In this document: positions 55,577 to 64,000 of the stretch, one piece after another
How positions within the stretch are numbered: position 1 is the stretch's first letter
How the letters are laid out: every line of letters begins with the position of its first letter
Origin: an uncultured Chlorobiaceae bacterium
Lineage (GTDB): Bacteria; Bacteroidota; Ignavibacteria; UBA10030; SZUA-254
Length of the DNA: 64,000 nt
Assembly: GCA_964410105.1 (NCBI GenBank)
Contig: CAYPFY010000005.1
Location: 35,427-99,426, forward strand
Direction: 5' to 3'
The notes under the pieces: model-generated
What the model was told of the DNA's origin: nothing
The model's input: the letters and a program-made list of their open reading frames with translations, nothing else
Database searches by the model: none
Program-made: the position numbers and the translations under genes

Positions 55577-57793
55577 ATGAACAAACTGATCGGCCGTCTC
55601 ATCATCACGCTATTCTGTCTCATCGGTTGCGCCACTCTCACATTGCCGGACGAGGGCATGTGGCTCATGGTGCAGCTCGACAAGCTGCCTTTCGAAGACA
55701 TGCGGCATCGGGGCCTGGAGCTTTCGCGGCAGGATCTCTATAATCCCGGGGGCACGAGCCTCAAGGACGCCGTCGTCCTCCTTCCCGGGGGAACCGGCTC
55801 ATTCGTCTCGGCCGAGGGCCTCATCATCACCAACCATCACATCGCGTTCTCGGCCATTCAGTCGGTGAGTTCCGTCCAGGATGATTATCTCAAAAATGGC
55901 TTCGTCGCCTCGGCACACTCGGAGGAGATATCGGTGCCTTCATACACGGCATCGATAGTGGATTCAATCAAGGATGTCACCGACGAGATCCTTTCTGCGG
56001 TCAGCGACATCGCGGCGCCGGAGGCGCGGGCAAAGGCAATCCAGAAAAAAATAGCGGATGTGCAGCGCGCGGCGAAAGGGACGAGCGAGATCGAATGCAC
56101 CGTCTCCGAGACTTTCAGCGGAGTAAAATACTATCTATACTGCACGCACGTCATTCGGGACCTCCGTCTCGTCTATGCGCCCCCGTCCTCGATCGGCAAT
56201 TACGGCGGAGAGGTAGACAACTGGTACTGGCCGCGACATACCGGGGATTTCGGATTCATGAGGGCGTACGTAGCGCCGGACGGCAAAGCAGCCAAGTTTT
56301 CGAAGGACAACGTGCCGTACAGGCCGAAAAAATTTCTCCCCATCTCCTCAAAACCGCTTGACGAGCATTCCTTTGCGATGATCATGGGTTATCCGGGGAG
56401 AACGTTCCGCTACGCGACATCTCCCGAAATCAAGCTCTCCAAGGAGGAGACGCTCCCGCTCACCATCAATATTTACAGAACCAGGATGGACGTCATGGAG
56501 GCGGCCGGGAAGAAAGACCGCGCCGTTGAAATCAAATACGCGACTGCCTGGAGGCAACTTGCCAACACGTACAAGAAATACGAAGGAGTTCTGGAGGGCA
56601 TGACGCGCTCGGGCATCCTGGACAAGAGGCGGGATGAGGAGCGCCGGCTTGATGAGTTCATCCATTCAAAACCGGACCTCGGCCAAAAATACGGGACCGT
56701 CCTCCCGGAGATCGCCAGGGCGTACGACACCCTGAAAACCTTTAACAGGAAACAGATCGTCCTGAACCAGATCGGAGCAAGTTCGGACATTCTGAGAATT
56801 TCACGGCGATTCCGGACATATGCGCAAAGCTTTGAGAAGGATTCCACAGGCAAGATGAGCCCGCGGGGAGGCAGCGCCGACCTGAAGCAGTTTCTGGAAA
56901 ACGCTTTCAAAGATCTGGACCTGGCTGAAGACAAAGCAGAACTGCAAGCCGTTCTCCTGAAGAGCAGGGATCTTCCGGAAGGCGAGCGGATCGAGTCTTT
57001 ACGGGGCATCCTCGGCGACCGCGCCGAAGAAATGAAGGAAAAATCGGATAAATTCCTGGAAAGAATTTACAAGGAATCGAAACTCACCACCCCTGCGGGG
57101 TGTAATGAAATGCTGGGGAAGGAGCCCGGCGAAATCCTGGACGATGAATTCGTGAAATTCGCCCAGAAACTGGAGGAGGACAACGCCCCTTTGCAAAGCC
57201 GGGTGGCGGCTTTCAATGCAAAAATCGGACTCCTCCGTTCAAAGCTTCTTCAGGCTATGATGGCATGGAAAGGATCGGCTCTCTATCCGGATGCGAACAG
57301 GACCCTCCGCATCACCTATGGCGAAGTCAAGTCATTCGATCCGAGGGATGGAGTCCATTACGATTACGAGACCTCGCTGGGGGGCGTCATCGAAAAGGAA
57401 ACGGGGGAAGACCCCTTCATCGTGCCGCAAAGACTCCACGATCTTTCTGTGAAAAAGGATTACGGCCCCTATGCGGATCCCCGGTTACACGATGTGCCGG
57501 TCGCATTCATTGCGGATCTCGACATAACCGGCGGAAATTCGGGGAGCCCGGTGATCAACGGGAAGGGAGAGCTTATCGGCGTCGCTTTTGACGGAAACTG
57601 GGAAGCGGTGGTCGGAGATTACATCTACCAGGAACCCCTCAACCGCTCCATAAACGTTGAATCCAGGTACGTCCTGTTCCTTCTTGACAAATTCTCCAAC
57701 GCCCAAAACATCATGAAGGAGCTCGTCATCCACGGAGAATCTCCGGGAAAAACATCGCCCCAGACCACCGAGGCGAGCGGAGGTCGCCATTAA
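55577..57793 (+). CDS. S46 family dipeptidyl peptidase, DPP7-type
   Basis: DEGMW, TNHH, NW.WPRHTGDF, DITGGNSGSPV, AFDGNWE (Gly at the DPP7/DPP11 specificity position). Start at ATG 55577. Confidence 0.93.
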   Translation: MNKLIGRLIITLFCLIGCATLTLPDEGMWLMVQLDKLPFEDMRHRGLELSRQDLYNPGGTSLKDAVVLLPGGTGSFVSAEGLIITNHHIAFSAIQSVSSVQDDYLKNGFVASAHSEEISVPSYTASIVDSIKDVTDEILSAVSDIAAPEARAKAIQKKIADVQRAAKGTSEIECTVSETFSGVKYYLYCTHVIRDLRLVYAPPSSIGNYGGEVDNWYWPRHTGDFGFMRAYVAPDGKAAKFSKDNVPYRPKKFLPISSKPLDEHSFAMIMGYPGRTFRYATSPEIKLSKEETLPLTINIYRTRMDVMEAAGKKDRAVEIKYATAWRQLANTYKKYEGVLEGMTRSGILDKRRDEERRLDEFIHSKPDLGQKYGTVLPEIARAYDTLKTFNRKQIVLNQIGASSDILRISRRFRTYAQSFEKDSTGKMSPRGGSADLKQFLENAFKDLDLAEDKAELQAVLLKSRDLPEGERIESLRGILGDRAEEMKEKSDKFLERIYKESKLTTPAGCNEMLGKEPGEILDDEFVKFAQKLEEDNAPLQSRVAAFNAKIGLLRSKLLQAMMAWKGSALYPDANRTLRITYGEVKSFDPRDGVHYDYETSLGGVIEKETGEDPFIVPQRLHDLSVKKDYGPYADPRLHDVPVAFIADLDITGGNSGSPVINGKGELIGVAFDGNWEAVVGDYIYQEPLNRSINVESRYVLFLLDKFSNAQNIMKELVIHGESPGKTSPQTTEASGGRH

Positions 57794-57924
57794 AGTTTTT
57801 CAATCTTCATCATTTCACCCTCCGGGGCTTGACTTTATGGAGGGATTTTGACTTAATGCCAGTGGATTTCTGCTCTTTCCCACCATAATCACTACGAGGG
57901 TTAAACAACGTCAAGGGGGTCTCC

Positions 57925-60900
57925 ATGAGCACGTTGATTACTCGTCATCTTCGCATTGCCGCCATAGCGGCGGTCATCCTTACAGTTCCACACCTGGCTC
58001 ACTCCGCCCGGCCGCAGAGGCAATCCGAGATCCGGAGGTACATGGAGGCTGCGCGGCAGCTTCGCGAATATCGCGCCCGGAATTCTGCTGCGGGGATGGC
58101 CAAGTCAGCACAATTCTCAAGAGAAATGCCGGCGCAGGTCGGGATCAGGATCAACAAGGCAGTTCACACGTCGTCGACAATATACTTTTACGACGATTTC
58201 GAGTCGGGCGCGCACACATGGACGACGGAGCTGTACGGGGGCTCCACAGATGACATCTGGCACGCCACCACGTTAAATGCGAGCTCCCCGACGCACAGCC
58301 GGTGGCCCGGCGTCGAGCTCCAGTCGAATTACAATACCGGGCGGAAAATCAACACGGCCGTCGTTTCGGAGCCGATCAACCTGGCCGCGGCCGTCGGGCC
58401 GGTGACGCTGCTTTTTGCTGAAAACTATGTCACCGAGAATGGCTGGGACGACTGCATGGTAGACGTCAGCACGGACGCCGGGGTCACATGGACGCACCTG
58501 CGCGGAGGCTACGGGGCGGCGCCGTCCGGCGACAGCCATGGGTGGAAAGTCACGTCGCTCAACCTTTCGGCATATGCGGGGCAGATCATAAAAATCCGCT
58601 TTTATTTCGACACGGGGGATGACCGGTTCAATGACTTTCCCGGGTGGTTCGTCGACGACGTCACCCTGTTCGATCAGGGCGGCACGATCACCGGCAAAAA
58701 ATTCTTCGATGTTAACAATAACGGCTCAAAAGATCCCGGGGAGAGGGGAATAAAGTACTGGCCGATCACGGCGAGCGGTCCGATCACCGTCACCGCGACC
58801 ACAAACGAGAGAGGAAGATACAGGCTCACGCTCCCCCTCGGCTCCTACACGCTGACGGAGGGAGCGAGGCCGGGATGGAGTCAGACGTATCCGCTGTCAG
58901 GATCGTGGGCTGTCAATCTAGCGACGGCCGACACGGTCGTCGACAGCATTCATTTCGGGAACTGGACCCACGCGAGTTTCATTAACGGCACCAAATACAA
59001 TGATCTCAACCACAGCGGTTCGGTGGACGGGGGCGACACAGCGCTCCCCGAATGGAAAATCGTCCTTGCCGACACCGATGGGAACGCTATCGACTTCGAT
59101 TACACCGATTCTCTCGGGCAATATTCTCTCTACGTTTTCCAGCCGGGACGATACGTCGTCCGTGAGGAGGGAAAGGCGGGGTGGACGCAGTCTTACCCGC
59201 CGGATGAAGTTTATAAGATCGACATCCCCGATCTCAACACCACGTCGGTCAACAATCATTTTGCGAACTACCTCGATGGCGGAGTGAGCGAGCTCATCGG
59301 GATGAAATTCAACGACCTCAACCGCGACGGCATCAAGGACCCGCATGAACCGGGACTCCCGGGCTTCACCATCCGGCTGTCAGGGACCATCAATCGGAAG
59401 GTCAAGACGGACAGCTCCGGGTTCTATGATTTTACTGGCGTTCCTCCGGGGGGATATCACATCAGCGAGGATCAGCAGGCCGGGTGGTGGAAGTCCGTGC
59501 CGGCGTCGGGATACGACCTGTCATTGGACTCGGCGGTGCTGGTGGATAGCCTGGACTTCGGCAACTACGCGATCGTCCCCGGCTCCCTCGGGGGAATTCT
59601 ATACGAGGACTCAAATGGAAACGGGTTGAAGGACACGTCCGAGGGGGGCCTTTCGGGATGGAGGATCGACTTCTCCGGCACGACCTACTTCGGATCTTCG
59701 GCATACGGGACAACGACAACGGACCTGAACGGCATGTACTCGTTCGGTGGACTTTGGCCGGGGAATTACACCGTGAGCGAACTTTTCAGGGGCAACTGGA
59801 GGCAGACGCAGCCGGCAAATCTCAAGCCCTACCATATGGCCCTCGGAGCGGAGGAAAACCGCACCGGAGTAGATTTCGGCAACCATCGCGACAGCACATT
59901 CAGCCTTTCCTTCAGGACTTTCTTGCCTGAGAGCCTTGCCCTCGGGGTTGACAGGAAGGGAAAGCACAAGCCCGTGCAGCCGAAGCCCGATAAAATAGAA
60001 TTCCTGGCGGAGATCGTCAATTCCGAGAGCACAGCCGCGGCGAAGCTCAGAATCACCCTTGGAGTTGGGCTCACTGACTCGCTGGGATTCGACAGGCCGG
60101 GAACGGAATTCATTGTCGATGCTCACATGAAGACATTTGAGCTCACATTCACAACTCCTGTGGACACCGGCGACACGGTTCGTGTCTGGGGATTCGGCAG
60201 AGCGCCTAAGGTACAGACTGCAAAATACAGGTGGAAATTCCCGGGAGACGTGGCCGGGCCGGTGAGATTTTCGCCGAATTTCCCAACCATGGTGTATAGA
60301 TACCCGATGCCGAACACCATAAACCTCCTTAGTCTGACGGGGCAGGGATTGAAGGTCGGGACCGGGGGTGCGCACTCCGTCGTCCACGGGAGATATCAGG
60401 ACGTCCAAAAATCCCTCATCGACAGTCATGAGAGGATGCATCTGGGAGATCCCCGATGCCTTGCGGTCTTTAGCAACGGGCGCTCGATCACGACGCAGCA
60501 AAAATCCCTCTCGCCCACGAAGGGGAACAACAAACTCTTTGCTGAGGCGATTGCGTTACAGACGAACATCGTCGCAAGCGACGCCGGCATCACGCCTGAC
60601 GGCTTCGGGAACCTCATCTTCGACGAGGGAACGGGGATCGACTCGCTCCACCCGTTCAACGGCAGATCGGTGCGGGAGATAGCCGGGATGCTCGATGTTT
60701 ACATGTCATCGGCGATAGAATCGCTGCGGACGGCGCGGTGCGACACGGCGGGGCCGTTCCGATGGATCACTCCCTGGGAAATCTTGCAAAAAATCCGGAT
60801 GATTGACTCGGGCTTTTCCGGCCGGATGGATACCATCAGCTTCGCCGGCGGACTGGTTCTCAGCCCGGTGCGGTTGCTGAGCGCAGTGCCGTACATGAGG

Positions 60901-61260
60901 CTGGACTCATCGGGGAGAAACCGCCCCTTCGCCTCCCGGCGGCCCCTTCCGCAGCCGCTCCCCGAGGTATACTCGTTGTCGCAAAACTACCCGAACCCAT
61001 TCAATCCGGCAACCGTCATCGAGTTTTTCCTCCCCGTTCAGAGCGTCGTCACGCTGAAAGTATTCAACACGCTGGGCCAGGAGGTGCAGACGGTCGTCGA
61101 CAGGGAGCCGCTGGAGGACGGTACCTACCAGTATGAGGTGTCGGGGAGTAAACTTGCCTCGGGCGTCTATTATTACAGGCTCGTTGCCGAACCGGTTCCG
61201 GACGAAGACAGCCCGAAGCAGGTCTTCACGAGCTCGAGGAAGATGATCCTGCTGAAGTGA
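57925..61260 (+). CDS. Large secreted adhesin-like protein: jelly-roll domain + 4 SdrD-B-like repeats + unknown domain + T9SS-type C-terminal domain
   Basis: DDFESG...WFVDDV domain; four G..(F/Y).D.N..G..D..E..L..W/F repeats; SQNYPNPFNP...KMILLK. Confidence 0.82.
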   Translation: MSTLITRHLRIAAIAAVILTVPHLAHSARPQRQSEIRRYMEAARQLREYRARNSAAGMAKSAQFSREMPAQVGIRINKAVHTSSTIYFYDDFESGAHTWTTELYGGSTDDIWHATTLNASSPTHSRWPGVELQSNYNTGRKINTAVVSEPINLAAAVGPVTLLFAENYVTENGWDDCMVDVSTDAGVTWTHLRGGYGAAPSGDSHGWKVTSLNLSAYAGQIIKIRFYFDTGDDRFNDFPGWFVDDVTLFDQGGTITGKKFFDVNNNGSKDPGERGIKYWPITASGPITVTATTNERGRYRLTLPLGSYTLTEGARPGWSQTYPLSGSWAVNLATADTVVDSIHFGNWTHASFINGTKYNDLNHSGSVDGGDTALPEWKIVLADTDGNAIDFDYTDSLGQYSLYVFQPGRYVVREEGKAGWTQSYPPDEVYKIDIPDLNTTSVNNHFANYLDGGVSELIGMKFNDLNRDGIKDPHEPGLPGFTIRLSGTINRKVKTDSSGFYDFTGVPPGGYHISEDQQAGWWKSVPASGYDLSLDSAVLVDSLDFGNYAIVPGSLGGILYEDSNGNGLKDTSEGGLSGWRIDFSGTTYFGSSAYGTTTTDLNGMYSFGGLWPGNYTVSELFRGNWRQTQPANLKPYHMALGAEENRTGVDFGNHRDSTFSLSFRTFLPESLALGVDRKGKHKPVQPKPDKIEFLAEIVNSESTAAAKLRITLGVGLTDSLGFDRPGTEFIVDAHMKTFELTFTTPVDTGDTVRVWGFGRAPKVQTAKYRWKFPGDVAGPVRFSPNFPTMVYRYPMPNTINLLSLTGQGLKVGTGGAHSVVHGRYQDVQKSLIDSHERMHLGDPRCLAVFSNGRSITTQQKSLSPTKGNNKLFAEAIALQTNIVASDAGITPDGFGNLIFDEGTGIDSLHPFNGRSVREIAGMLDVYMSSAIESLRTARCDTAGPFRWITPWEILQKIRMIDSGFSGRMDTISFAGGLVLSPVRLLSAVPYMRLDSSGRNRPFASRRPLPQPLPEVYSLSQNYPNPFNPATVIEFFLPVQSVVTLKVFNTLGQEVQTVVDREPLEDGTYQYEVSGSKLASGVYYYRLVAEPVPDEDSPKQVFTSSRKMILLK

Positions 61261-61283
61261 ACAGAAAAGCGTTCTGAAGTCGG

Positions 61284-61316
61284 CAGCCGGTCCGCATGCG
61301 GACCGGCTGTTTTGTT
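61284..61316 (+). terminator. Intrinsic terminator
   Basis: Perfect 26-nt palindrome cagccggtccgcatgcggaccggctg followed by ttttgtt. Confidence 0.85.
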
Positions 61317-61345
61317 ATTGGGGGTCAAAAAGCTGCCAGCAGTTT

Positions 61346-62482
61346 TCATTCGAGTCTCTTTCTGAACCTCAGAACGCTCATCGTCAGAATTGACACGCCG
61401 ATGACGAAAAGCGCGAGCGCCTGGGGCCAGAGTTCGACAATTGTGGCCCCTTTCAGAAAAACTCCGCGGACAATTTCGAGAAAATAGCGGAGGGGTATGA
61501 GATAAGTGAAGTACTGGATAACGCGCGGCATATTGGCAATGGGGAACGTGAACCCCGAGAGGAACGTGAACGGCATAAAAAAGAAAAACTGTGCAATGAG
61601 CATTGCCTGCTGTTGGGACTTCGCCAGCGTGGAGACGAAGAGCCCGAGGCCGAGGGTCGTCAGGATAAAGAGTCCGCACAGCCCGAAGAGCAGGAAAAGG
61701 CTGCCGACGAGAGGGACCTCGAACCAGAAATGGGCTATCGCGAGGACGATGATGACGTCGGCAAACCCAATGATCGTAAAGGGAATGAGCTTCCCCAGGA
61801 TCAGCTGATAGGGTTTGATCGGGGTGACCATCAACTGCTCGAGGGTCCCGATCTCCTTCTCCTTGACGATGCCGAGGGAGGTCAGGGTCATGGTGATAAT
61901 CATCAGCACGAGGGCGACCACGCCGGGCACCATATAATTCGAGCTCTTCAGGTCGGGATTGAACCAGACGCGCGGTTCCGGGAGCACGCGGCCGACCCTG
62001 CCTCCCCGATATTGAACAGGGGATTCGATAAGAATTTCCTGGGAGTACGAGGCGACGATCTGGTTCGCGTACGAAAGAAGGACGCTTGCCGTATTCGCGT
62101 CGGCGCCGTCGAGGATCACCTGCACCCTTGCGGATTCATGTCCGAGGATTTTTCTCCCGAAACCTGACGGAATCTCGAGGGCGATCGACGCTTTGGCGTG
62201 GGTGATATAGTAGTCCGCTTCATCGGGCGAGCTCACCGCATATTTTTCTATGAAATAGCCGGAGTTCGTGAAATCCTTCAGAAACGACCGGCTCTCCTCG
62301 GTATAGTCAAGATCGCAGACCACGAGGTTGCTGTTTTTGATGTCGGTCGTCGCGGCGTAGCCGAGGAGCAGCACCTGCATGATCGGCGCCACGATGGAGA
62401 CGGACAGCATTCGCTTGTCCTGACGGACCTGGTAGAACTCCTTCCTGATGATCTCGCCGATTATGGAAAGCCCGTTTCGCAT
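61346..62482 (-). CDS. ABC-2 transporter permease (YbhR-like)
   Basis: KEFYQVRQDKR, LLGYAA, WFNPDL.S, KEKE.GT.EQL.VTP, LSGF.FPI..MP. Confidence 0.92.
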   Translation of the reverse strand: MRNGLSIIGEIIRKEFYQVRQDKRMLSVSIVAPIMQVLLLGYAATTDIKNSNLVVCDLDYTEESRSFLKDFTNSGYFIEKYAVSSPDEADYYITHAKASIALEIPSGFGRKILGHESARVQVILDGADANTASVLLSYANQIVASYSQEILIESPVQYRGGRVGRVLPEPRVWFNPDLKSSNYMVPGVVALVLMIITMTLTSLGIVKEKEIGTLEQLMVTPIKPYQLILGKLIPFTIIGFADVIIVLAIAHFWFEVPLVGSLFLLFGLCGLFILTTLGLGLFVSTLAKSQQQAMLIAQFFFFMPFTFLSGFTFPIANMPRVIQYFTYLIPLRYFLEIVRGVFLKGATIVELWPQALALFVIGVSILTMSVLRFRKRLE

Positions 62483-62487
62483 AAAAC

Positions 62488-63615
62488 TCAGAGTGACCTC
62501 TTTCGCATTCGTTTCGCGCTTAGTCCGATGGTAAAAGCGACGAAGAGCCCCATATAGATGAACTGAGGCCAGACAGCCTCAAATCCCGTCCCCTTCAGCA
62601 TGACGGCCCGGACCACCACGAGGAAGAACTTGTTAATGGCGATATTCGATAAAATCTGGAGCACGACCGGCATATCAGAAATGGGGAACACGAATCCCGA
62701 GAGGAGAAATGAGGGAAGCAGCGACGTAAAAACAGACAGCATGAAGGCCACCTGCTGAGAATCGGTTATCGTGGAGATGAGCAGCCCCTGACCCAGCGCC
62801 CCGAGGATTATCGTAAAAATTGCCGCGTAGAGCAGGAGCAGGCATCCCTTAACCTGGATATGGAACAGAAAATAACCGAGAATGAGGATCGACGAAGCGG
62901 CAAGCAGGCTTATCACCATGTAGGGGATCGTCTTTCCGATAATCAGCTGGACGGGCCTCATTGGGGAGATCATTATTTGTTCCATGGTCCCACGCTCTTT
63001 TTCGCGCACGACCGTCATCGATGTCGAGACGACGGCCGTAAGCACGAGAATAAATCCGATCAGGCCGGGGACCAGAAAAAGCGACGATACGAGATCGGGG
63101 TTATACCAGATCCTGGGCTGAAGATCGATGGGAACATAACCTTCCCGGCCCATCCGGAGGGCGGAGGCAATGATGCGCCGGTTCGAATAATCGGTCGTCA
63201 GCCGGGAGGCGTTCCCGACAGCCTGCCCAGCAGAATTGGCATCCGCCCCGTCGACGAGAATCTGAACCCGCGCGTCGGTACCGGCAAGCAGATCCCTGCC
63301 GAACCCGCGGGGAATAACCACAGCAATCCTCGCCCCCCCTTCGAGGAATCCCTCCTCTATGTCTGAATACGAATCGACATCCATCCGGTAATCGAAAAAT
63401 TCCGAATTCTTGAATTTGTCGAGCAGCGCGCGGCTCTCAGCGGACTTGTCCTGGTCGAAAATCACAAGAGGGACATGTTTCACATCAAAATTAAGGGCAT
63501 ATCCCACGAGAATGATCAGCGCCGCGGGGAGGACGAGCAGCATCCCGAGAGACGTCGGGTCCCGCCGGATCTGTCTGAATTCTTTGATGACGATTGGTTT
63601 AAGAGCTTTCAGCAT
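62488..63615 (-). CDS. ABC-2 transporter permease (YbhS-like)
   Basis: KEFRQIRRD, GYALNFDV, WYNPDL.S, REKERGTMEQ, LSGFVFPI. Confidence 0.92.
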   Translation of the reverse strand: MLKALKPIVIKEFRQIRRDPTSLGMLLVLPAALIILVGYALNFDVKHVPLVIFDQDKSAESRALLDKFKNSEFFDYRMDVDSYSDIEEGFLEGGARIAVVIPRGFGRDLLAGTDARVQILVDGADANSAGQAVGNASRLTTDYSNRRIIASALRMGREGYVPIDLQPRIWYNPDLVSSLFLVPGLIGFILVLTAVVSTSMTVVREKERGTMEQIMISPMRPVQLIIGKTIPYMVISLLAASSILILGYFLFHIQVKGCLLLLYAAIFTIILGALGQGLLISTITDSQQVAFMLSVFTSLLPSFLLSGFVFPISDMPVVLQILSNIAINKFFLVVVRAVMLKGTGFEAVWPQFIYMGLFVAFTIGLSAKRMRKRSL

Positions 63616-63618
63616 TGC

Positions 63619-63999
63619 CTATGCTTGCACCTCGGAAGCCGCTTTATCTTTTTCCAGGAGATAGAGAAAAACGTCCTCAAGCGAAGGGACGATCCGTTCG
63701 ACGCGGTGAGCGGGGATTTGCCGCTCGGCGAGAGAGCGTCTGATCAGCTCCTCCCCTTCCCGTTCGTCGCTCACCATAACGTGAAGGGCAGTTCCAAAAA
63801 CCGACGTCTCAAGGGCCCAGGGTTTCGAGCGGATGATCTCGAGCGCTTCGACGGTTTCTGACTGGTCGAGGGACACTTCGAGAATGGGATTCGTGATATT
63901 GCGGGTTTTCAGCTCCGTCGGGCTCCCGGCCGCGATAAGTTTCCCGGCGTTAATCAGAATGATGTCGTTGCAATACTCCGCTTCGTCGAGGAAATGGGT
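63619..63999 (-). CDS. ABC transporter ATP-binding protein, C-terminal part (5' end outside window)
   Basis: Manual translation from the edge gives THFLDEAEYCNDIILINAGKLIAAGSP (H-loop) ... PSLEDVF. Confidence 0.88.
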   Translation of the reverse strand, partial: THFLDEAEYCNDIILINAGKLIAAGSPTELKTRNITNPILEVSLDQSETVEALEIIRSKPWALETSVFGTALHVMVSDEREGEELIRRSLAERQIPAHRVERIVPSLEDVFLYLLEKDKAASEVQA

Positions 64000-64000
64000 C

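Overview
Gene-dense bacterial chromosome segment (roughly 55-60% GC by eye). It most likely comes from an Ignavibacteria-like member of the FCB group. This is inferred from four secreted proteins ending in a 'QNYPNPFNP' T9SS-type C-terminal domain, frequent Gln at +1 after signal peptides, and sigma70-like TTGnnn-N17-TAnnnT promoters. It holds about 46 CDS, mostly housekeeping or envelope genes: amrS, nfo, anmK, pta, a miaB-SPOR-sigma54 activator-lptE-GT2 operon, rpsT, lepA-lepB-lepB-hemW, a GT4/flippase/DUF2723 glycosylation cluster, M16/S46 peptidases and ABC-2 transporters. A TPP riboswitch with a visible terminator/antiterminator controls a TonB receptor-thiamine pyrophosphokinase-Na+/solute symporter operon. 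The standout is a self-contained signalling module at 21.8-27.2 kb. It encodes a small exported Cys-motif protein (PCPPIC), a standalone polytopic membrane protein, a 1-TM PAS/HisKA_3 kinase and a NarL-type regulator, followed by a secreted beta-propeller protein. The cassette promoter and the beta-propeller promoter share an ungapped 43-bp box (36/43 identical) built from GGGGT-N4-ACCCC inverted repeats at 23-bp spacing. In both, the box directly abuts a -35/N17/-10 promoter. This suggests an autoregulated, possibly quorum-sensing-like circuit with an identifiable output gene. No rRNA, tRNA, CRISPR array, transposase or integrase was recognised. All annotation is by motif recognition, without database searches.
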